Below, piece by piece: positions 39,648 through 48,190 of a stretch of DNA of 64,000 nt. Numbering within the stretch: the first letter of the stretch is position 1; each line of letters opens with the position of its first letter. Both the position numbers and the translations under genes were made by a program. The notes beneath the pieces are model-generated. The model was given only the letters and a program-made list of their open reading frames with translations. It was not told the DNA's origin and searched no databases. Source of the stretch: Spirochaetia bacterium (GTDB lineage Bacteria > Spirochaetota > Spirochaetia > CADAEX01); the NCBI GenBank assembly GCA_963662265.2, contig CAXXHA010000036.1:32001-96000 (forward strand), given 5' to 3'.

Positions 39648-40738
39648 TGTGTTTACCGGAGGATTTTTTGGATACAATAAATTACAGTACTATTACACAA
39701 TGCGATTCTGAAGAACTTGTAAAACTTTCATTTTTTAATAATATTGGTAAGAGTATAGCATCTTCAAGAAGCCTTAAGAAAACTATTGAAAAGGTTATGG
39801 ATCATATAGGCGAGATATTTGCTCCCTATAACTGGTCACTTCTGCTTCGGAATCACACAACCGGAGACCTTACTTTCTATTCCGTGACAGGGGAAGCAAC
39901 AGAATCCCTTACAGGGAAAATTGTTAAAAAGGGAAAGGGTATTGTCGGATGGATAGCTGAAAACGGCAAATCCCTGATTATTGAAGATGTCAGTAAAGAT
40001 AAAAGATTTGACGGATCGTTTGATGAGATGAGCGGGTTTACGACAGAATCAATTATCGGTGTTCCTCTGAAAAGCAACGGAAAAGTATTCGGTGTTATAG
40101 AACTGGTCAATAAGCTTGATCTCACAGCTTTTACAGCATTTGACCTCAAGCTTCTCACAACAATTGCTGATTTTGCGGCAATCGCAATAGAAAAAGTTTA
40201 TTATCTTGCAAGGCTCAAAAAAATGGTCAATATTGATCCCCTTACAGGAGTCTATAACAGACGGTTTCTTCAGTTTTATCTTCAGAAGGAGCTTATGAGA
40301 AACAAAAGGGATAATACAGTTCTTTCTCTGCTCTTTATTGATATAGATGATTTCAAGATGCTTAACGATTCAAACGGGCATATTGCGGGAGATGAAATCT
40401 TAAAGGATGTTACTTCTGCTGTTTCCGATTCCATCAGGTCCTCAGATTCCCTTTTCCGTTTCGGGGGAGATGAATTTGTTGTGCTTCTTCCCAAAACAGA
40501 GAAAAAATCTGCAGAGAAAATTAGGGAACGTATAAACAGGACAATTAAAAAGCGTAAATTCCGGATCAGGTATTCTGTTACTACAGGATGTTTTCAGGCC
40601 GGATGTGAATCAGCGGAAGAGGTACTTTCCCTGGTTGATAAAGACATGTACCGCAATAAAAAAATGGGTAAAAACAGCAACGGCATTGATCTGTCTCTTC
40701 ACATAGAGGAGGAGATTGAATCTGAAGAAAACAGCTAA
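39647..40738 (+). CDS. GAF-GGDEF diguanylate cyclase
   Basis: GAF (GIVGWIA, GVIELVNK), DPLTGVYNRR, RSSD I-site, RFGGDEF. Confidence 0.92.
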   Translation: MCLPEDFLDTINYSTITQCDSEELVKLSFFNNIGKSIASSRSLKKTIEKVMDHIGEIFAPYNWSLLLRNHTTGDLTFYSVTGEATESLTGKIVKKGKGIVGWIAENGKSLIIEDVSKDKRFDGSFDEMSGFTTESIIGVPLKSNGKVFGVIELVNKLDLTAFTAFDLKLLTTIADFAAIAIEKVYYLARLKKMVNIDPLTGVYNRRFLQFYLQKELMRNKRDNTVLSLLFIDIDDFKMLNDSNGHIAGDEILKDVTSAVSDSIRSSDSLFRFGGDEFVVLLPKTEKKSAEKIRERINRTIKKRKFRIRYSVTTGCFQAGCESAEEVLSLVDKDMYRNKKMGKNSNGIDLSLHIEEEIESEENS

Positions 40739-40778
40739 TAATTACATAAAGATTTTTAAAAATAAAGAATGATATAAA

Positions 40779-43700
40779 ATGAAAAACAGAAATTTAAACC
40801 TGGGTATTGATGTCGGGTCTACAACAGTCAAGGCTGCAGTCATGGATCCGGTTAATTATTCTCTTCTCTATTCCGAGTACAGGCGGCATAATGCTGATCA
40901 GTCCGGAACTGTCAGGGATATACTTAAAAATATTACCGAAAAATTCCCCGATACTGTTTTTTCCGCAGCAGTCTGCGGAAGCGGCGGGCAGACTATAGCG
41001 AACAGGCTGGGTATAAAATTCATTCAGGAAGTTGTCGCAAATTCCCTGATGATAAGGAAATTTCATCATGACGTGAGGGTTGCAATCGAGCTTGGCGGTC
41101 AGGATGCAAAGGTTGTTTTCTTCCGGTATGATGAAGGCTCGGGGCAGCTTGTTCCCTCTGATATGCGTATGAACGGCAGCTGTGCAGGGGGGACCGGGGC
41201 ATTTATCGATCAGATTGCAGAGCTTTTAAGTGTAAGGACAGAAGAGATAGGAGCCCTGGCTGCTGAAGGGACTACTGTCTATGATATTTCAGGCCGGTGC
41301 GGTGTATTTGCAAAGACAGATATACAGCCCCTCCTTAACCAGGGTGTTTCCAAAAGCGATATAGCTCTTTCCTCTTTTCATGCAATTGCAAAACAGACTA
41401 TCGGAGGTCTTGCACAGGGGATGGATATCAGGCCTAAAGTCATTTTCGAGGGGGGCCCTCTGACTTTCAATCCCCGGCTTATCAAGGTTTTTCAGCAGCG
41501 GCTTTCACTATCCGATGATGAAATAATTATACCTGAAAACCCCGAGCTGATTGTGGCAAAAGGGGCAGCTCTCTCTGTCGATACAATGTTTGCTGATGCA
41601 GATACTGAATTCTCCCCTTCCGAAGGAATCGGGATAATTGATAAATGGATCTCGGGAATATCGGGATCTGTTTCAGAAGCAGCAAAGCCTTTTTTCACAG
41701 ATGAAAGCAGTTATGCAGATTTTCTTGCAAGGCATTCTGATAAAAGCTCATCATACATCTATGTTCCAGAAAAAGATGTTAAGAGTCTCGATGTATATCT
41801 TGGTATTGATGCCGGATCAACAACATCCAAATTTGTTCTCATAGACAGGGAAAACAGGATTGTCGATACATTTTATTCAGGAAACAGGGGAGAACCGCTC
41901 AAGGTTGTACAGTATGCTCTTCTCAGGATGAGAGACCGCTATGAAGCGCATGGGATAAAACTTAATATCCTGGGTGCAGGCGCAACCGGTTACGGCGAGC
42001 TCCTTTTTTCAAAAGCATTCAGAAGCGATTACCATACAGTAGAGACAGTTGCCCATGCAGAGGCTGCCCGGTATTTTGTCCCCGATGTAAGCTTCATACT
42101 CGATATCGGCGGACAGGATATGAAGGCTATCAACCTGAACAAGGGTGTAGTTACAGGTATTGTCCTTAACGAGGCATGTTCTGCCGGCTGCGGTTCTTTT
42201 GTAGAGACATATGCACGCTCATTGAATGTTTCTGTGGAAAAAATTGCAGAGTATGCTTTCAGATCAACATCCCCATCCCGCCTGGGGTCCCGATGCACTG
42301 TTTTCATGAACAGTTCAATAATTACGGAACAGAAAAACGGCAAGACAACAGAAGATATACTTGCAGGCATCAGCCGCTCAATAATTGAAAATGTTTTCAC
42401 AAAGGTTGTCAGAATTTCCAACTTCAATGATCTGGGAAATAAAATCGTGGTACAGGGGGGGACTTTCAAGAATGATGCAGTCCTCCGTGCTTTCGAGCAG
42501 TATACAGGTCGTGAAGTTGTAAGAGCACCGTTCCCCGGAGAAATGGGTGCTTTCGGTATTGCTCTGCTGACTAAAAAAAGCATTGAAGAAAGGAAAAAGG
42601 AAAATCCGGGTTTTATATCATCATTTACCGGTCTTGAAGATCTTGAAAATTTTTCCTATACAAAGTCTCCCGGAATAATCTGCCCCTTCTGTTCAAACAA
42701 CTGCAGCAGGACAGTAATAACATTCAGCCATGGAGATTCCTATATTACCGGGAATAGGTGCGAAAAAGGGCAGATACTTGGGGAAATAAAGAATCCTGAA
42801 ATCAGGGAAAAGCTTAAAAAAACCCATAAAAAACAGGAATCAGTCCCTGATATGTTCAGGCTTCATAATGAGCTTTTGTATTCAAATAATGATACACAGC
42901 TGCTCACGGAAAAGAGGGGAATAAAAATTGGGATTCCTGTTACTCTCGAGTTCTGGCACAGTCTCCCGTTCTGGAAAGCAGTTTTCACCTCGCTTGGATT
43001 TGATGTGGTTCTTTCCCCGAAATCAAGTTATGACATGTTTGAAAAAGGGCTCAAGTATGTGCCTTCAGATACAGTCTGTTTTCCAGCAAAGCTTCTTCAC
43101 GGTCATGTTGAGGAGCTTGCCGCAATGGGGGTGGACAGGATATTCAGTCCCATGATGGTAAGAATACCCAGGGAAAACAGAACTGCATTCGGGAACCATA
43201 CCTGTGTAATGCTTCAGGGATACCCGATGATTGTTGAAAAGAGCAATGAGATATTCGAACGTTTCGGCATAAATTTCGATCATCCGATTTTTCACTGGCA
43301 CAATGAAAAACTGAAATCAAAGCAGGCTGTTGACTGGCTTAATGAAACTTTCGGAATTGACAGGAAAACAGCTTTAAAAGCGGTGGAAGCCGGAAACAGG
43401 GCATCCGGGGAATTCAGAAACAGGATGACATATGAAGGGGAGAAGGTACTGAAATCTCTTGAAGGAACCAGGAAATTTGCAGTTGTTCTTGCGGGCCGTC
43501 CGTATCATTCCGATATGCTGATAAACCACAATCTTTCCAATTATTTCACCTCACAGGGTATTCCTGTTCTTTCCCTTGATTCGCTGTCTGCTGTAAATTC
43601 GGAAGATGTCGAAAAAATCAGGATGGAAACAACAATAACCTTCCATACCAGAATGATTTCCGCCGCAATTGCGGCTGCTTCCCACCCGAACCTTGAGATT

Positions 43701-45170
43701 GTACAGATTGTCAGTTTCGGCTGCGGCCATGATGCTGTTATTTCCGATGAAATGGTGAGGGAGCTTAAAAACCGGTCTGACAAGGAACTACTTATACTCA
43801 AGCTTGATGAAGGGGAATCTTCAGGCCCGCTTAACATAAGGATAAAATCATTCATAGAAACAGTATCAGCTCGGCGTAAGAACAGATCCCGCTCCATTGC
43901 TGACAAAATAAAGGAGAGGAGAATCCTCTATACAAAAAAGCACAGGAAGGAAAAAGTTATACTGGCGCCGAACCTGTCCCCCGCATTTACAGCACTGCTT
44001 TCTTCGATTATAAGCAGGAGCGGAATAAGAATGGAGCCTCTTCCCCTTGCCGGTGAACGGGCGATAGAGCTGGGGAAGAAATTTGTTCATAATGATATAT
44101 GCTATCCTGCCCAGGTCAATATCGGCGAGATGCTCGCAATTCTCGAAAAAGGGGAATATGATCCCTCTTCTGTCGCTCTCGGGCTTGCAAAAAACTGTGA
44201 GGCCTGCCGTGCCGGGCAGTATGCGGTTCTGGCCCGCAAGGCGCTTGATGAGGCAGGGTATCCTGAAGTCCCTGTTGTGACAACCGGTATAGATACAAAA
44301 AAAATGCATCCTGGGTTCAGGTTGTCGCTGCATCATCAGCTGCAGTCGCTGTGGGGGCTAACAATAATTGACGCGTATGAAATGATGCTGAGGCGTATCC
44401 GTCCCTATGAGAAATTCCCCGGAAGTACAGAGCGGATATTTGATCTTCATCTTAAAAGACTCTGCGACAATATCTCTCTCAATACAGGAAAACTGCTACG
44501 GATGCTTAAGGATGCTGTTGATGATTTCAACAGGGTTGAAAGCTATGAGACTGACAGAAAACCCCGTGTAGGCATTGTCGGTGAAATCCTGATGAATTAT
44601 CATCCTTCTGCAAACTGTTATATTGAAAAATATCTTGAAGAAAACGGGCTTGAAGTTGTGCAGCCTTCAATGCATGATTTTTTCCGAAAAACAGCTGTAA
44701 TAGAAAAGGAGATTGGAAAGAGAAGAATGGTTCCCCACCCGTTTCTTCATTATCTTCTCCATTCAGCAACAGATATTGCATATGAATATGTTCACAGGAA
44801 AGTATGGAACCTTGTCTGTTCAAATTTCCGGTTTAAAACTGAACATGATAATATTTACAGAATAGTCGAAAATATTGAACCTTTCATAGACAGGACCTAT
44901 ATCGGAGCCGAAGGGTGGAAACTTCCCGGTGAAATAATGTCCATGATCCAGGAAGGGGTGAACTCTTTTGTAATTCTGCAGCCTTTCGGCTGCCTCCCCA
45001 ACCATATCACAGGGCGGGGGATGATCAAGACAATCAAGAAAATCTATCCTAATGTACAGATTATCGCAATTGATTATGATCCTGATACAAGCCTGGGGAA
45101 TGTGGAAAACAGGCTCCAGATGCTTATTCTCAATGCAAAGGAAATTGAGGCAGCCTCGGTAACTGTATAA
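40779..45170 (+). CDS. 2-hydroxyacyl-CoA dehydratase activase-related fusion protein (two ASKHA ATPase domains, DUF2229, dehydratase-like C-terminus)
   Basis: GIDVGSTT/GIDAGSTT, CAGGTG/CSAGCG, RCGVF/RCTVF, SFGCGHD, QPFGCLPNH. Confidence 0.88.
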   Translation: MKNRNLNLGIDVGSTTVKAAVMDPVNYSLLYSEYRRHNADQSGTVRDILKNITEKFPDTVFSAAVCGSGGQTIANRLGIKFIQEVVANSLMIRKFHHDVRVAIELGGQDAKVVFFRYDEGSGQLVPSDMRMNGSCAGGTGAFIDQIAELLSVRTEEIGALAAEGTTVYDISGRCGVFAKTDIQPLLNQGVSKSDIALSSFHAIAKQTIGGLAQGMDIRPKVIFEGGPLTFNPRLIKVFQQRLSLSDDEIIIPENPELIVAKGAALSVDTMFADADTEFSPSEGIGIIDKWISGISGSVSEAAKPFFTDESSYADFLARHSDKSSSYIYVPEKDVKSLDVYLGIDAGSTTSKFVLIDRENRIVDTFYSGNRGEPLKVVQYALLRMRDRYEAHGIKLNILGAGATGYGELLFSKAFRSDYHTVETVAHAEAARYFVPDVSFILDIGGQDMKAINLNKGVVTGIVLNEACSAGCGSFVETYARSLNVSVEKIAEYAFRSTSPSRLGSRCTVFMNSSIITEQKNGKTTEDILAGISRSIIENVFTKVVRISNFNDLGNKIVVQGGTFKNDAVLRAFEQYTGREVVRAPFPGEMGAFGIALLTKKSIEERKKENPGFISSFTGLEDLENFSYTKSPGIICPFCSNNCSRTVITFSHGDSYITGNRCEKGQILGEIKNPEIREKLKKTHKKQESVPDMFRLHNELLYSNNDTQLLTEKRGIKIGIPVTLEFWHSLPFWKAVFTSLGFDVVLSPKSSYDMFEKGLKYVPSDTVCFPAKLLHGHVEELAAMGVDRIFSPMMVRIPRENRTAFGNHTCVMLQGYPMIVEKSNEIFERFGINFDHPIFHWHNEKLKSKQAVDWLNETFGIDRKTALKAVEAGNRASGEFRNRMTYEGEKVLKSLEGTRKFAVVLAGRPYHSDMLINHNLSNYFTSQGIPVLSLDSLSAVNSEDVEKIRMETTITFHTRMISAAIAAASHPNLEIVQIVSFGCGHDAVISDEMVRELKNRSDKELLILKLDEGESSGPLNIRIKSFIETVSARRKNRSRSIADKIKERRILYTKKHRKEKVILAPNLSPAFTALLSSIISRSGIRMEPLPLAGERAIELGKKFVHNDICYPAQVNIGEMLAILEKGEYDPSSVALGLAKNCEACRAGQYAVLARKALDEAGYPEVPVVTTGIDTKKMHPGFRLSLHHQLQSLWGLTIIDAYEMMLRRIRPYEKFPGSTERIFDLHLKRLCDNISLNTGKLLRMLKDAVDDFNRVESYETDRKPRVGIVGEILMNYHPSANCYIEKYLEENGLEVVQPSMHDFFRKTAVIEKEIGKRRMVPHPFLHYLLHSATDIAYEYVHRKVWNLVCSNFRFKTEHDNIYRIVENIEPFIDRTYIGAEGWKLPGEIMSMIQEGVNSFVILQPFGCLPNHITGRGMIKTIKKIYPNVQIIAIDYDPDTSLGNVENRLQMLILNAKEIEAASVTV

Positions 45171-45481
45171 TTTTATTACAGCTTCCGATTTAATTTATTC
45201 TGCAGCTGTTTCTCTGTATTGCCCTGAAATCAGTATGCCGGAAAGCTTTTTTGTTTTCAGGGCAGGGAATTAACCATAAAATAGCATTCAATCCTGAAAT
45301 TCTGCTAAATTTTATATGATACAGGTGGCGATAAATAAAAGGGGAACTGTTTTTTTCCGGTTTTATTTATCTCATTCAGTCGTATGTGATATTGGAAAAA
45401 AGCAGTTGTCTGATGTTTGATATTGGATAATAAAGAGACTCCTCAGTCTCCGGAAAAGTTTAAAAAAGGTGAAGACCCGTT

Positions 45482-46792
45482 GTGAATGTACTAAGACAGG
45501 AAAGCAGATTCAGGATTTTTTGGGAAATATTTATTCTCGCAGTAACAATAGCAGTATTTATTGAAATACCTGTTTCAGTAGTGTTCAGCAGTACTCCTGT
45601 AAGCAGGATACTGTTACTGGAATTTTTAATTTCCTTTATATTTATTCTGGATATAGTAATCAAGCTGAATACAGCTCTTGTAATAAAAATGGATGTAATA
45701 ACTGACCGGCATGTGATTGCATCGGTATACATGAAAAAATGGTTCTGGATAGACCTTGCTGCAGCATTTCCGTTCTGGATCTTGCTCCATATATTTTCTA
45801 TTCCGGTTTCAGCCGGGATTCTCGCGGCTTTCCGGCTTGTCAGGGTATTCAAGATATTCAGGCTTATCCAGACACTCAGCAAGCTTAAGAGGCTGAGCTA
45901 TGTCAATCCTAACATAATGCGGATGATTCTCCTTATTTTCTGGATTATTATTATTGCCCATTTTGTTGCATGCGGCTGGATAATCCTGGAAGGTGTATCA
46001 GATGAGCAGGAACACTCCATGCAGTATCTGCATGCTTTCTACTGGACAATAACAACCCTGACAACAATAGGTTACGGTGATATCACCCCATCCGGGAAGT
46101 TCCAGATAATCTATACAATATTTGTTGAAATCATCGGCGCCGGTTTATACGGTTTTATAATCGGTAATATTGCAAACCTTATTGCAAACATTGATATTGC
46201 ACGCGCACAGCACAGGAACAAGCTTGAAAAAATCAATACTTTCATGCAGTACCGCAATATTCCCCATTCCCTGCAGAAGAGGGTTGATGATTATTATAAT
46301 TACCTGTGGGAGAGCAGGAGAGGTTATGATGAATCATCAGTTCTTAAGGATCTTCCCGGTTCTCTGAAGACTTCTGTCTCCATATTCCTGAACAAGGATA
46401 TGATTGAAAAGGTTCCCCTTTTCAAGGGTGCAGATGACGCCCTGATCAGGGAGATAATTCTCCAGCTTGAACCGGTAGTCTATACTCCGGATGATTATAT
46501 TGTCTATGAAGGTGATATCGGGTATGACATGTTTTTCATAAGCAAGGGATCTGTGGATGTCATGTCGGGCGACGAATCAATAGTATATGCAACACTCTCT
46601 GCAGGGCAGTTCTTTGGTGAGATTGCACTCCTCTTGAGTGTTCCCCGTACAGCAACAATCAAGGCAAAGGAATACTGTGATGTTTACAGGCTTGAAAAGG
46701 AAATATTTGACAGGGTTATTGAAAGATATCCCGATTTTGCGGAAACAATAAGAAAGCTTGCCGAAAAAAGACGGGAAGAGCTTGGAAAATAA
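45482..46792 (+). CDS. Cyclic nucleotide-gated K+ channel (SthK-like)
   Basis: S1-S4 (WIDL, RLVRVFKIFR), selectivity filter TTIGYGD, C-linker, CNBD FFGEIALL..PRTAT. Confidence 0.93.
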   Translation: MNVLRQESRFRIFWEIFILAVTIAVFIEIPVSVVFSSTPVSRILLLEFLISFIFILDIVIKLNTALVIKMDVITDRHVIASVYMKKWFWIDLAAAFPFWILLHIFSIPVSAGILAAFRLVRVFKIFRLIQTLSKLKRLSYVNPNIMRMILLIFWIIIIAHFVACGWIILEGVSDEQEHSMQYLHAFYWTITTLTTIGYGDITPSGKFQIIYTIFVEIIGAGLYGFIIGNIANLIANIDIARAQHRNKLEKINTFMQYRNIPHSLQKRVDDYYNYLWESRRGYDESSVLKDLPGSLKTSVSIFLNKDMIEKVPLFKGADDALIREIILQLEPVVYTPDDYIVYEGDIGYDMFFISKGSVDVMSGDESIVYATLSAGQFFGEIALLLSVPRTATIKAKEYCDVYRLEKEIFDRVIERYPDFAETIRKLAEKRREELGK

Positions 46793-46891
46793 GGGAGCTG
46801 CTGATATTTTCTCCAGCTTTCCATCCGGGGCGCTACCCTTTCAGGGGATATTATTCAATGTTCAGAGATATTGAGATTATAGAGTTGCCCT

Positions 46892-46920
46892 TTTACCCCG
46901 GAATATATCCGGGGTATAAT
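46892..46920 (+). promoter_or_regulatory. Putative sigma70 promoter overlapped by a palindromic operator
   Basis: TTTACC-N17-TATAAT with TACCCCGGA-ATATA-TCCGGGGTA (46894-46916). Confidence 0.55.
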
Positions 46921-46945
46921 TATAGTTCAGGAATGGTGTTTGTTT

Positions 46946-48178
46946 ATGGATAATGATAAGAAAAATCAGATAGCTGCCTATCTTTTTAAGGTGTTTAACT
47001 CGGAAAACATAATTCCATCAGAAGTTGTTGCATCGCTTTTCAAGATGATGCCCTCTTTTGATCCTGCTTTTTCAACCGGAGTTCTCCAGGAATGGAAGAA
47101 AATAACTGAAACATATAAACAGGGGGGGAAGAATCCCCGGGAAATCAATTCTCCCCTTATAATTACAAGGGGACTCATGGAGGGAACTCCCGATACTAAT
47201 CTGAAGATGTACCTGCCTGAGGAAAAAATACTTATAAACAGGCAGCTTTTCAGAAACAAGCTGTCGAGTGTGAATTTCGGCAGTCTTACAGCTGATATTG
47301 AAAGAAGCCTTCTTGATGAACTTAAAAATGAATCAATAGCGCTTTCCGATCAGGAAGTCCTGATCTATTACAACCTTCTCAAGATAAATATGATGGCAAG
47401 ACTCTATGCATCAAGCCAGGGTAGAGCCACTCCCGGCAAGGACCCTGCTGTAAGCGGGGACAGCCGCAATTTCAAAACTGTGGGAGAAGGCGCAGGGAAT
47501 TTTCCAGACAAGATAATATCCCTTCTGTTTGAGAACTTTGCAGATCTTAACAAGCTTTCCTCTGTCAATGAAAAGAGAAATATTGACAGTAATCTCCTTA
47601 ACGCGGCAGTAAAGAGCAAGATATCAAAGAGTGTGCATAATCCGAGAATTTATCTTCTGATGTTCGGGTACGGCACAGATAAATACATGCTGTTTGTAAA
47701 GGAATATATAAAAATGGTTGTTTCCCGGTGGGGAGGCAACGAGGATGAGATTTTTGCCTCTTTTGCAGCGTACCAGCTTCTGAATTCAGCTTCAGAGGAT
47801 ATTATCGGCGAGATGGATCTTGCTGTGAGCCTCAGGAATTTCATATCAGACCGGCTCGGAAGAATACATCCTGTTTATTACTGTGCTATTCTTTTTGTCA
47901 CTGTTTTTACCTACATTCTTGTGATGCAGGTTGTTGAGATTGCGGGAAAATATGTATCTTCCCCTGAGCCCCAGAAATCAAAACTGCTTAAACTGTATAA
48001 TTCCGAGGAAAGAATCAACATGATGATTTCCAATGCTTTCAATATTGCGGCAGGCAAAATAGCGTCCTACAAGTCTGAATCAAGGGAAATAGTGCCAAAT
48101 ATGAAAAAATTTATTTCTAAATACAGCAACCTTGTAAAACCTGAAGATATGTTCAGAACAATCTATAAATTCCAGTAG
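46946..48178 (+). CDS. Hypothetical protein (about 410 aa, one hydrophobic segment)
   Basis: Long ORF with codon usage like its neighbours, ending 12 nt before the next gene; no motif recognised. Confidence 0.75.
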   Translation: MDNDKKNQIAAYLFKVFNSENIIPSEVVASLFKMMPSFDPAFSTGVLQEWKKITETYKQGGKNPREINSPLIITRGLMEGTPDTNLKMYLPEEKILINRQLFRNKLSSVNFGSLTADIERSLLDELKNESIALSDQEVLIYYNLLKINMMARLYASSQGRATPGKDPAVSGDSRNFKTVGEGAGNFPDKIISLLFENFADLNKLSSVNEKRNIDSNLLNAAVKSKISKSVHNPRIYLLMFGYGTDKYMLFVKEYIKMVVSRWGGNEDEIFASFAAYQLLNSASEDIIGEMDLAVSLRNFISDRLGRIHPVYYCAILFVTVFTYILVMQVVEIAGKYVSSPEPQKSKLLKLYNSEERINMMISNAFNIAAGKIASYKSESREIVPNMKKFISKYSNLVKPEDMFRTIYKFQ

Positions 48179-48190
48179 CAAGGACAGAGT

